NCBI GenBank assembly: GCA_002633005.1
Contig: NMRA01000122.1
Span: 624,182-688,181 of the forward strand
DNA: 64,000 nucleotides
Reading direction: 5' to 3'
DNA from: Phoronis australis
Taxonomy: Eukaryota > Animalia > Phoronida
The position numbers and the translations under genes are program-made. Positions 1 to 32,553 of the stretch are shown in pieces (the stretch's first letter is position 1; every line of letters begins with the position of its first letter). The notes under the pieces are model-generated. The model was not told where the DNA came from. It saw only the letters and a list, made by a program, of their open reading frames with translations, and made no database searches.

Positions 1-340
1 TACGGAATTTATGAGATGTCGTACATTATAATTAATATTTGGGCTTGGAGGAAGTACCTAGGCCACATACTGGCTTAGAATTTTGCAGAAGGTTATAAAT
101 CATGCCTGTAGTTCTTTGTGAACATTGCTCTTAGTCATACAACTGTCCCAGTTAGTGACCTGTGTAAGTAAGCACTAGCTTAACAAAAGATTTAATTATG
201 ATCCTGGCTGACAAGACAGTTATTTTATCAACCTCTGTGGACCAGTGAATAACCCGGAATGGGTTTTCTGAAAGCTGCATAAATCAGGCTCGACGTGGCA
301 GACGTGTCATTTAGTGTAATTCTCTCAAGCGGAATAACTA

Positions 341-21366
<21,026 letters not shown>

Positions 21367-22795
21367 TTTCAACAACCCCTTCCACAACTTCTAAGAAGAC
21401 TGTTAACACTGTGATTGGCAGAGATCTTACGTGTTTACCATAGACTATAGGTGTTTACCAGTAGGTTGTTGTGTTAGAACTTGTTATCAAGGCTTATGTC
21501 AAGATCACGCTTGCGTAAGCTTAGAGTTCCGAGTTTACTAGCGTGATCTCGTTCTATCCTGCAACGCGCAGTCGCAATGATCCAGAGAAAAAGAAAGCAA
21601 ACTAATGACAGTTAAAGACCAGGGCGTTTGGTCTGAGAACTATGTAACTTGCAGAGAGAAGAATATTCTAAGAATATCGAGATCAATCCCGTTCGGCCTT
21701 GTCATGTTTAGCCTACTGACTGCGAGACGTACTCTTGGGGGAAAGTTTTTACCAGTGGAATAAGTACGTGATTATGCTACTGCATGTTCCGGCCGCTCAC
21801 ATGCAAAGTTTACATAACCATGCAGTGGCCCTGGTGTCCAGGTCTAAGTCCACCTCAGAGTTGGAATTGTTACCTTATTCTCAATCTAAAAATAAATTAA
21901 CTGTGTGCCTGGTTGATGTTTGACTCAGTGAAACTAAGACGATACACTAAGCTGTTTTATTCTGTGGTCAGTGTGGGTCAATCGAGTAAAAACCCAAAAT
22001 TGTTTGCTGATTACATTTCGTTAATTTTGTAAAAATATAAACTCTCAGATACTATGATATTTTTACCACGATAAACGAGCCCCTAGTACGTGAGGCCTAC
22101 CACACCACTCGGTACGTGGCTATAGTGAGATGGTGGGTAAGGTCTTGCATAATGTTGGTGCCTGACTTATGTAAACAATCCCGCCAAACGCGTCATGATT
22201 TGCAAACCGCCTTGTTAACAAGACTGGCAACTATGAACTTTCTAGCATGTAGTTCAAATTTAAAACTTCTTATTCGAACACTTTGTAGTATAAGTGATTG
22301 GATTTTTGACTGTGTTGCTATCTGTCGACTCTGGTTCTCCAAGGCATTTTTACTGAAGAACCACGACACCCAACACGATGAATGAGCATTTTGTTTTTCG
22401 ACATACGCATCCACCGGCACTCAACACGTATATATTATGTAATGACAACAGATCCCAGACCCTGTACATTCTGAAAGGTTACACATATCCTTGATTTTAA
22501 AACCTTCATCTCTTTTAATATCAACCATACTTCCACCAAGTTACATCTGTTCCTGATTCCCGCTGATATTTTGTTTGTTGTTTCCTTTTTCATTTTGTCT
22601 GTGTCATTTTACTAGTGCTTGGTCGTTCTGCAGTATTACTAATCGATTTTGGTGCCGTGGTTCCCCCCCCCCCCAAACACTAAAACTGCACACATTTAAA
22701 TGTTGTTTCATCCGTATAATTTTAATTACCGGGGTTAATTAATAAACTCAACATTTCCCTACGCTCTAGCTGTTTTATTTTTTTTTGCGGCAGCC

Positions 22796-22834
22796 AAGGG
22801 GGGGCCTACCCCCCCCCCCCTAAATCCGCCTATG
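22796..22834 (-). mobile_element. Solo hAT-MITE-like terminus (CATAGGCGGATTTAGGGGG)
   Basis: ccccctaaatccgcctatg; partner terminus not found. Confidence 0.4.
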
Positions 22835-23823
22835 TCTTCATCCCGTTTTCTGCAACCGGGTGTGAATGTTTGTCATTTTTCAAAGTGGAAACTTGTTAAA
22901 CGGCTAAAACACTAATTTAGAAAAAAATTATTAAATGATTTAAAAGATGCGGAATTCCTGTTTTATGCAATTATATAGTGGTGTATTTAATCTGCCGCTT
23001 GCTAACCAGCGCGGTTCGCTGTACTATGCAGCTCGAGTTGTGGTATTCTCGCATTAGAGTCGTGTTCCCCATGACTTCATCAGACTCACTTGTGGGTGTA
23101 GGGTTGATGTTGCTCCTGGGTATTTGAGTGACTAAGAGTCGCGGGACTGTCCCGGCATGTCAGGGTGGGACAGTATTGCACGAGAAAACTGCTCTTGCTT
23201 TTCAGTCAACAGATCCTCACAGCAGTGACGTCACGGAAAGTAGAATGAGGTGGTTGCGTCGAGCTGGAGGGCGCGAAATGGCACTGTCTCGAAATGAAGG
23301 CCTTACATTCGACGCAGTCAGTTGAATATCGATAGACATGTCTCGACTTCCAGAGTATGACAGTCGCTAGTTACTTAAATATTTCAAGAAGAAAACAACC
23401 TTTTTAATGTTTTTTTTCCTCATGCCAGAATGTAATTGACCCTGTGGGTTTATATTCTGGGCAATACAGTACCGGTTGTGTGCGGTCCATTCGATTCGAT
23501 GACCGTTTCCTTAGTTTACACCAACTTGAAAGACGGTCCTCTTAATCTCAAGATAACGCCTGTGAAAACTGAACTCCTACAGCACGCAGAAATTATAAGA
23601 TTGTGTACAACAAGGTCACCAGGTCAATAGGTCAATAATTTTCAAGCAATAAACACACTCTCGGCATTTTACGATGCAGTGAGTAATAAGTTTTTGGATC
23701 AGTAATTAATGTATTTGTGAAAATAATCTTATTTAAATTTTTGAAAGTAACTACAAATATTACTGTTGTAGAAAAATGGACAATTAAGTTTTTGTTACAT
23801 CTGGTTTTGAGACTACGCTTGGT

Positions 23824-23836
23824 GTTGCCATGTGAC
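23824..23836 (+). promoter_or_regulatory. RFX X-box-like element upstream of the LEXM/CIMAP2-like gene
   Basis: GTTGCCATGTGAC about 110 bp before the ATG; perfect GTTGCCATG half-site; RFX control of ciliary genes is established. Confidence 0.55.
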
Positions 23837-23948
23837 CACACCAGGCGCTCATTGATGATCAAACAGACTACTGATCACTGTCCATTTCAGCTACAGTAGC
23901 GGCTTACGCATGACTGTTGATTTATGATTGCATGTAGAAATAGACGGA

Positions 23949-23998
23949 ATGGGGGACAAAAAATTCAAAGGAGCCCCATTTGGGACTCAAAAAGCCAG
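23949..23998 (+). CDS. CIMAP2: LEXM/CIMAP2-like exon 1 (MGDKKFKGAPFGTQKAR)
   Basis: ATG, donor AG|GTGAGT, phase 2. Confidence 0.88.
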
Positions 23999-26900
23999 GT
24001 GAGTAAGAGAACATCTCTGATCGTCCGGCGACAGTGCGTGAACCGAGAAGCACTTGTCGCTGTTGAGTGTTGCTAGTCAGTGGCTTGTTTCTTTATGTGT
24101 CTGATGCTTCTAAGTTGGTACCTAAAGTTGGATTTTCACATTGTGCAATAAATTGCTGTTATGATTAACCCACCACATTTTGATTTATGAAGTGAGTGAT
24201 GTTCACCCGCCTGATATGAAACTGGGTAGGTGTCCCGAGAGCCCCCAAAAAGGAACACAACTCGTATATCATAGATAACACAAGGCGGTGACACATCCTA
24301 ATCCATACCGTATGCCTGAAGATTTTCTACTAATCATGCTTAATCCTGGATTTAGAACCTATGAAAATCACGTTATTTTTAGCCAATATTCACCTCAAAT
24401 AGCCGCATGCTTTCAACCATTGTCTCACTCATTTGCATGGACTTCACTGATTCTGTGCTCACTAGACTGGTAATTTTCAGAAGACACAATTCGCACACCG
24501 CGATTAGTCTGGGTAAAAAATAAAAATGTTTATCATCCCCACCCACAGCCAAAAATTTGCCACACTGATTTTTTATTTCAAAAAGTTTTGTTTGCAAGTA
24601 TCAGTGAAAAGCATTGTACTCGCACAGAGTATGAAAATTCATCAATATAACACCAGATGGTCCCGTGGCATAGTGCACGCCTTCTAGGTATATGGGAAGT
24701 GCAAGTCATATTGTCTGTTCTGCCACACATCTGTGGTTGATTGATCTATAGTGGACGCAGGTTCTTGCGGCGACACCACTTGCGGCGACACAAAATAAAA
24801 AAATGCCATTTCTGGATGAGCCCCAGATGATAGACATGTTTATTTTTACAGCCAGTATTAAAATGCCGTAAATTATTGTTAGGCTGTGCTCAGCTTAATA
24901 GCTGGACAACAGGATCTTATCCATGTGTTTGTCGTTGTCTCATACACCATGCATGAAATCAAAATCTCGGAAAGTTTCCAGGCTCGCTTTTTTATTCTTA
25001 GTAGCCTCATTCCAGCATCCATCATATGTACTTGTCTAGATGGCTAGCTATCCTATAATTGGTATCATTCATTGGTTGCGATATTTGGTCAGTGAATGAT
25101 CCAATTCACTGGAGCTGGCAATCGACAACCACGTAATGCTATGGCAAGATTGAGATGGGATACTTCTAGTTGATTTCATTTGGAATGGATAGATGAAAAC
25201 TGCATTCCCTTTATTACATATATGGTGTATGAGAGTTTTTTTAAATGATAAGCTGCCATGCAGTGAGCTAGACAAGGTAATTGGTTTCTGTTGAAATGAA
25301 TGTTAGCCACAGTTTTATGATGGGCTAGTCAACAGAATACACAAACTCAGTTCCTCTTGTGCGTGAATCTGGATCCATCTCTTTGTAAAGTGCATTGCTT
25401 TTGTGTTTTTGTCTACCAGACTTGGTAGTGATATGTGGTATAAATTCTTCTCCAAGATCTGTTTATAACTGTCCCTATGCTAAAACTATAGTACACAAAA
25501 GATTGCATTATTTTACATTACAAAGTTGATGTCCTCTGTTGTCCTTTCAGATTTGATGTTTCTGCTGTCCACCCACAGAGCAAAGCTCCTGGTTCATTCA
25601 CTGAGGTGCCTTACTGTAGCAAAACAATGGAAGAACTGGTAGGTGTATGGAAGAAATACTGATAAAGATCAGAGAAGAATAATTCATGGTTGTGTTGTGT
25701 GCTGAAACTCTGCCATCATGCATTATCAGTCATGTTACTGTTACTGTCACCAATGGTATGTAAGAAGGGTCAAGAAACTGTCAGCCAAATGAACTTTTAA
25801 CTGAATGGCTTGTATTAAAAAGGCTCTATTCCTGACTAGACCATTCTCAATTCACTGCACTCCTGTCATAAGCTATGTCTGCCCCTTCAATGCAATGAGA
25901 TGGTTAAAGATGTGACCACCAGCAAAAGCGTGTTTGCATGAAATGAAAACTTATAGACATCCATTTACTATACAGTTACTCACACATGAAATAGTCTGCT
26001 GCATAACTTTTTCTTGTTCTTTTTACGTCAACATGTATCACAGTCATTTTATATTTTTTTCAGAACCGCCTACGGGGTCCTGGTCGATATTTGACAGAAA
26101 TTGGTGGGTTCCACTCGGCCAGTGTTGACCTGCGAGCATCAGGCCCAGGGTGGGCAAGAGCCTATGAAGTGATGAGAATGGCTAAGATGCCTCACTTGCT
26201 ACACAAAGAACAATGGGAAGAGAAGAGATTACTGGTCAGTTGTGGCTTTTTGTATAGTGTTAATGGCTAGATTTAAAGGTCTTCTTTCCACTTTTTGTAT
26301 TAGTAATGGCTGGTTTAAAGATATTGTCTTTCCTTCATGTGTTAATGATGGCTGGTTTAAAGACAGCACTCTTTCCGTTTTATGTATCAATAATGGATGG
26401 ATTTAAAGACACTATATCTGCTTGATGTAGTGGTAATGGCTACTTTAACAATTTCACAGTTAAAAATCTTGTTGCCTTTCTTGCTGCTAAGGCATTCTCA
26501 TAAACAATGTTCTTTTCTTGTGAATAAACTTATTTCCTCATGAGCTGCAGATCTTTTCTCCTGTGGCAGTTGTGTTTTTATAAATATAATTCTTCTCACA
26601 TTAACTTAAATGTTCCCAGTTGTGGTGTTCAGACAGATTTTTCACTTCGGGCCTAGCACCTGCTCCAAGCGCATGTAACTCATGCAGAATGTGGTTCATG
26701 AGAAAAGAACTACAGCCTATTTAAAATAATTTTATTGGTGAGAAAAATGTTGCTTAGTAGAACTCCTGTGCAGACCATGATGGAGGCAGATTGCCGTCCC
26801 TGAAGTTGAAATGTATGTTCCATCATTACTACCAAGCAGCAACTGCAGCAACTGACTTATTATAGACTTGATAATTTTTCTTTTGCATTTATTAATTTCA

Positions 26901-29900
26901 AGCCTGAGGGAAATAATTCTAATCTTTCTAATCATGCTTGTAAGTTCAAATATATAATGCTATCTGTTGATTAAGCTGAGTTTTCATTTCCATTCGTTGC
27001 CAATGATTTTTCTGTTTTATCCATGTAGTTTAATCTGTGTCTTTGAAGTGCGTTGAATATTTAGTGGATTGTGTCGCATCATATTGCAGGCAAAGAAATT
27101 GGGTCCAGGAACATACAACATCAAAGATTTCTTTGAAATTGCTGATGAACGACCAAGGAGTATTCGAGGAATTTGTGCTACACGTGACAATCGATTTAAA
27201 CAGATTTCAAAAGAGGTGAGTTTGTAAAATCAAGAGAATGTGCGCTATTTTTGAAGACAAATTTTACAGCGTGCCTTGTTCCTTTAAAACATGTTTAGTG
27301 CTGTAATGAAAGATGTGATTGTGTCAATTGCTTGTGCTCATGTTCTTACAGCATTGTGTTAAAATTGATTTGAATTGTTAAAATGGAAATGTTGAGCAGA
27401 ATTTAGCCTTTTCTTTTAATTTCTTTCAACTGAATTTTGAAAATTGTACTTGAGTTGTTTGAACTTCAAGGGTGCCCAGCATCCTCATTGATAATTCGCA
27501 AAAACCATGTTTTTCCGTCATTAATCATCAACTTGTTCTCATTTTGAAACTTTTCTTGTTTAATATTGCATTAATTGGTATACAAATGACATTGGCAATT
27601 TCTGAATTAAGTTTGGCAAATATTGTTTTAGGCTATTTTGCAATAAATTCAGAAAAGTGCAGTGTGCCTAACAGTGAATGTTTCTGGTAGCTCATGCATG
27701 TGGGGCTTTCTCAAAATTATGCCTCAGTTAGTTGTTAACTTTGAGCCATCTAGATATTTTTCTTTTCAGTTCTGAACAACAGAGATGTTTTTCTTTCTCC
27801 AGGTCTGAGCGATGTCTATTATGTTCTCTTTCTCTCTCCAGCACACCACACCAGGTCCAGGTACATACGGAAAGGGAGGAGTGCCTCACATGGTCAAAGA
27901 AGAGAATTATAAGGTCCCCAAAGGTAACATAACTGTCATGGAGGGTGCTGTAGGAGACAGGAGTCTACCTACTGTGGTAAGTATGGCAGCATTCTCGAGT
28001 GTCTGTTACTGCAACTGTTGCTTATTATTAGTTGAGTTTGTTTACTCTGCTAAGTATGTACTCCATAAATATGTCTCACTTCATTAACATAGAAAAGAAA
28101 TCAATAACAAAGTAATTGCATTTGAGAATTTGGTTTATTAGTCATCACATAGTGTACATAATGACATTACAGGTCAACAAAGTTTTGAAACTGATTTGAA
28201 TTTGTGGGTTTCTTGTCCTCTATTAGAAGAACTTAAGTTGTTTGCCAAAAGTCAAATTACATCACTTTAATGAGCTCTGTTTGTTTTGTTTTACAGGGCA
28301 CTGCACTTGGTCCAGGTACTTATAACTTCAAAAGTTCTGCTCATCAAATGGTAGAGAAAGTGACCAGTTCCCGTGGACCGTACGATTTATTCACTGGTGA
28401 AAGGAGTAAACCTATTATGACTGGTCATCTAGCCAAACCTGTGAGTATACTGTTTAAAGCATTTACACTAAAAATAACTTTTCAGGAAAATTCAATTTGC
28501 ATGGTTTGTATGGCGTAGTTATTATCAAACAATATTTGGTAAAATTTTAAGCATGTTCAAAATAGAAATATATAGCAGTTTCAGCGATTATTGTTGTCCA
28601 GATTTGAAGAATTTTTGCAGTAGTTGTGTATTGTGCTGGGAGTGATTTCTAACATTTCTTGCCTTGAAAAATTGTTTAATAAGAATGAAAATGTTTCGCA
28701 ATAGTATACATTGTTGCATACTCTGCCAGTTAGACTTTTGTGAATCAGTATTAGTTTACAGCAGTTCAGTGATGTATTTATTAGTTGTGTTGTAGAGTCA
28801 AAAAAATTGTCAAAAGAGTCAAATAGTTGTTGAACACCTCTCCAATATTATGACATTTTCTGGTGAGAGTCATTGTTTTAAACATTTTGTGTGGTTGTTG
28901 GTCATATTGTTAAGTAGTGTGGGATGTTATAACATGATGCCCTTATTGTTATCCAAAATAAATGTTTGTGTTACATTTAGAGATGAAATGTATTATAATA
29001 GCGTATTGTATTGTATTGAGTTATATTGTATTGTAATGTATTAGTTTTAGTAAATTACAAGACAGAGGTCAGTATTGTTAACACAACACTAACTAATTAC
29101 TGATGTATTTGCCTGCAGAACAATGCTAACCTGGGCCCTGGACAGTATGAGTTGGGGTCATTTACAGATGACCAAACAAACAAACACAAGATCAAACATG
29201 GGAAATTCTCAACACTGGCAGATCATCACCCGTTGAAAGCCGAGAGAATCTTCTGCCACACATTATCTCAGGTGCCAAAGAATCCCGTAAGTATACAAAA
29301 ACTATGTTATAAAAACACCTCCATTAAAAAAATCACAATTCTTTGAAATATCAAATAAAATCATGGTTTAAACACAACCTTTTGCTTTACTCTAAAAGTA
29401 TCTTCAGGTACACAGAATGAAGTGAAACATTGTGTTTCACCATGAATCATAATGTGAGTTGCAGTAATTTTAAGTGTAAAGGACATTTGTTTCAAAAGAC
29501 TCCAGTTATCATTAGCTACATAATGTTAACTCTCAGCCATGACCTAATTTAACTACAGCCCAAAAGTTCTGCAGAGGTAACAAGGACTAGCAACAAAGGA
29601 TGACATGCTCTGGACTGCAACATGCACAAGAATTCCTGTTCCAATGCAGCTGATTCCTTTTCCTGCACAGCTGAAAGACTTATGTCCCTTACTAAAGTAT
29701 CTGATGCTGAGGTTACCTCTCATAATAGAGCATGAATTGGCATGTATGCCCCCACCCCAGACACCTCTTATTTGTCACTCTCCGGTTGGGTCATCAGCCA
29801 GTCATTCACGGCACAGATTGCTGGAAATGAAATTGATTCAGCTGAGCCGACCTTAACTGCTGGTGGGGATGCATTCACACCCCTCTTGCGCTACAAACGA

Positions 29901-31997
29901 GACATTGTAAAATCCAAGATCTTTCCGGATGCATAAATGTCAGTTTGACAAATTCATATACTGACTAATTATTTTACCAGATCCAGTTGTGTTGGTTTAT
30001 TTACAACTTTCCATGCTTCATTTCTGAAATCTGTTGGATGTAGGCTATTCTGTCACACTCTGACTTGTCTTTTGTAGAATTATCCTGGCCCTGGCGCATA
30101 CGAAATGGTCACGTTATCAAAGCCCACGGCAAAGAAATCCCCTGGGTTCTTGTCGTCTGCTCGGAGGGATGATAAACGCTCGCAGCAGTTCTTCACTCAA
30201 AACTTTGTAAGTTTCAATTTTGTTAACTTATGAGAAACGTATTTATTCAAGATATGCCATATATGAGAAACTGTAATGTTCAAATTTCACAAAGGTAAAA
30301 GTAATGTTACAATGTTATGCCATCACATGTTTATTACCTTGCCACAGGCATTCTCTGTCTTTATATAATCTGCCTCCTAAAAGATTTCAGTGTAATTTTA
30401 TGGATTCACTCTGCAACCTCCCGGTAAAGTCATCCTTCTAACATGCAATATTTACTGATAACATTTCTTTAAATGCATCATTTATGCACCAAATTGTCAT
30501 GCCTTGATATCATTCATTATACTGTGAAAGTCTTCATTGGTTGCTTTCAGATTCAATGATTTTTTATGCTTTTAGCAATTTTGAATATTTGTGAACTCTA
30601 TTTCATTTGTGAGTCCATTCTTATGAAATTTATTTTGTGGCCAAAGCAATCACATCTCAAATTAGCCTTCAATTGTGGTGGCCATCAGAAATGATATCTC
30701 TGCCATTCAAAGATAAAAAAAATTCTGGGACACTGTTTCCTTGGTAATGACAGTAATTGTACACATGAACTGAAGTCTCTCACAGTTAATTGTTTTTAGA
30801 AATCCGTGTGCAAAGCAAAATATTACAGATTTCACAAAAATGATGGCAAGGTGATTATAAACGATTTTGTGACATTTCAAGACATGAATTAAAATTCTTG
30901 GTCATTGAGGATTTAGAGAATAATGTATACTTCTCTGGGTTAAAATGGACAGTTAAAACGTTATTAGGTAAAATGTGTAAGAACGGACAGACAATTATCT
31001 TAAAATCTTCAGCAAATCAAGAATGTGGATGATGCAAAGGATCAATTATTTGACCCATGCTTACAGATTGTGTAAAAACAATTTTATTTGTCTGCTGTAC
31101 AAAACAAATAATAAGTTATTGGCCCTGATTTTATATTCCTTTCTGATGACAAACATTTTTAAGTGTGCTCTGCACACCACGCCACACCACGCATGTTCCT
31201 TTCTGGTGTTATGATCACTAGTTTATGACCCCCACTCCTGATGTTGTAAATCTTATTCCTAATGTCACGACCCTTTCTGTCTGAGGTCACGACCCTTATT
31301 TCTGATGTCATCTCTCCTGTATGTCTATAGAATCCAGTTGGTGCAGGTCGATATGACGTTCAAAAGTGGGAGGAAGCCCAACACAGGAATGGTCACAGCA
31401 GCGTCTTTGTATCCAAGACACAAGGCATGAGTCTGCCCAGGAGGAAGTTCCTACAGTAAGGCATTATTCTACTTCACTGTTTTAAAGCCTCTTTTTGACT
31501 TATTGAGTTCTCATACAACAGTAATAACAACATTAATAACGAAAATGATCAAAAGTAATAGATTATGCGACAAAAACACTTTTGTACGAGTTGGACATGT
31601 TTGAGCATATAAATCCATGTCAATGATTTTCACAATATTCACTATGATTGTTAGCATTTATTAATTATTCTGCAATTTTTTGTTGATGCCAGTAAATGCA
31701 CACGCTTTGATATTCATTACACCCATTAAAATGACTTTTTATCACTTATGCTGCAAAAATGGATTCAACATTTTATTTTATTTTTTTGCAAAATGTTGAG
31801 GTGTGTAAATGGGCAAAAAATAATATTCACTGATGATAACTTTTACACCGATCTTTTCCAGGGAGAGAATTCGTGGTAAAGATATTCAAGTTAAAGACAG
31901 AATCTTCATGGTAAAGCCAGAACACCCTGACATGTATGTAGCCAGGACAGACGCTCATAATGCCTATATTGCTCGCCGTGCTGCCACTATTGCGTGA
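23949..31997 (+). CDS. CIMAP2: Lymphocyte expansion molecule / ciliary microtubule-associated protein 2 (LEXM/CIMAP2, C1orf177)-like, STPGR-repeat protein, complete, 423 aa
   Basis: Exons: 23949-23998, 25551-25638, 26064-26234, 27090-27215, 27842-27976, 28297-28440, 29119-29286, 30078-30206, 31331-31455, 31862-31997, totalling 1272 nt with an open frame from ATG to TGA. Motifs GAPFGTQKARFDVSAVHP, LGPGTYNIKDF, RGPYDLFTGERSKP, ERIFCHTLSQVP, NPVGAGRY and LQERI match my recollection of the vertebrate LEXM sequence. Confidence 0.9.
25551..25638 (+). CDS. CIMAP2: LEXM/CIMAP2-like exon 2 (FDVSAVHPQSKAPGSFTEVPYCSKTMEEL)
   Basis: ctttcag| and |gtaggt. Confidence 0.9.
26064..26234 (+). CDS. CIMAP2: LEXM/CIMAP2-like exon 3 (NRLRGPGRY...GPGWARAYE...EEKRLL)
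   Basis: 171 nt, phase 0-0. Confidence 0.9.
26257..26450. repeat. Degenerate tandem repeat of about 43 bp, about 5 copies, in LEXM intron 3
   Basis: Recurring taatggctggtttaaaga...ctttcc. Confidence 0.8.
27090..27215 (+). CDS. CIMAP2: LEXM/CIMAP2-like exon 4 (AKKLGPGTYNIKDF...RFKQISKE)
   Basis: 126 nt, phase 0-0. Confidence 0.92.
27842..27976 (+). CDS. CIMAP2: LEXM/CIMAP2-like exon 5 (HTTPGPGTYGKGGVP...RSLPTV)
   Basis: 135 nt, phase 0-0. Confidence 0.92.
28297..28440 (+). CDS. CIMAP2: LEXM/CIMAP2-like exon 6 (GTALGPGTYNFKS...RGPYDLFTGERSKP...AKP)
   Basis: 144 nt, phase 0-0. Confidence 0.93.
29004..29042. repeat. (TATTG)n imperfect microsatellite
   Basis: tattgtattgtattgagttatattgtattgtaatgtatt. 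Confidence 0.8.
29119..29286 (+). CDS. CIMAP2: LEXM/CIMAP2-like exon 7 (NNANLGPGQYELGSF...ERIFCHTLSQVPKNP)
   Basis: 168 nt, phase 0-0. Confidence 0.92.
30078..30206 (+). CDS. CIMAP2: LEXM/CIMAP2-like exon 8 (NYPGPGAYE...SPGFLSSARR...FTQNF)
   Basis: 129 nt, phase 0-0. Confidence 0.92.
31331..31455 (+). CDS. CIMAP2: LEXM/CIMAP2-like exon 9 (NPVGAGRYDVQKWEE...SVFVSKT...KFL)
   Basis: 125 nt, phase 0-2. Confidence 0.9.
31862..31997 (+). CDS. CIMAP2: LEXM/CIMAP2-like terminal coding exon (ERIRGKDIQVKDRIF...RRAATIA*)
   Basis: ttttccag| acceptor, TGA at 31995-31997; AATAAA at 32350, 32601 and 33439. Confidence 0.87.
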
Positions 31998-32018
31998 GCT
32001 TGGATGTTTCGAAATTGC

Positions 32019-32287
32019 CTGTATACAGTATGCAATGTAACTGTACCTTGACTTCTGTAAGTTGTATACAGTATGCAATGTAGCTGTGCCTTGACTTATG
32101 TAAGCTGTATACAGTATGCAATGTAGCTGTGCCTGTGACTTATGTACTAAGCTGTATACAGTATGCAATGTAACTGTGCCTTGACTTATGTAAGCTGTAT
32201 ACAGTATGCAATGCAACTGTGCCTTGACTTATGTAAGCTGTATACAGTATGCAATGTAACTGTGCCTTGACTTATGTAAGCTGTATA
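32019..32287. repeat. 43-bp minisatellite, about 6 copies, at the start of the LEXM 3' UTR
   Basis: Unit ctgtatacagtatgcaatgtaactgtgccttgacttatgtaag. Confidence 0.96.
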
Positions 32288-32418
32288 TCATAGTTGTGGA
32301 GGAGAGAAGCTTTAATAGATTTTTCATCATCACTATGCAAATAGATTTTAATAAACATACTTTGCTCTAAATGTACTTGTTATTTGCATTTTTTCTCATG
32401 ATAAAACAGTTATTGTTG

Positions 32419-32553
32419 AATGTACTATTCATGTGAAATATCTTGAGGTTAAATGTACTATTCATGTGAAATATCTTGAGGTTAAATGTACTATTCATGT
32501 GAAATATCTTGAGGTTAAATGTACTATTCATGTGAAATATCTTGAGGTTAAAT
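32419..32553. repeat. 33-bp perfect minisatellite, 4 copies
   Basis: atgtactattcatgtgaaatatcttgaggttaa at 32420, 32453, 32486 and 32519. Confidence 0.96.

Noticed and set aside
31827-32216. 129-aa minus-strand ORF with repeated LHCILYTAYISQG
   Set aside because: It is the antisense translation of the 43-bp minisatellite and the last LEXM exon.
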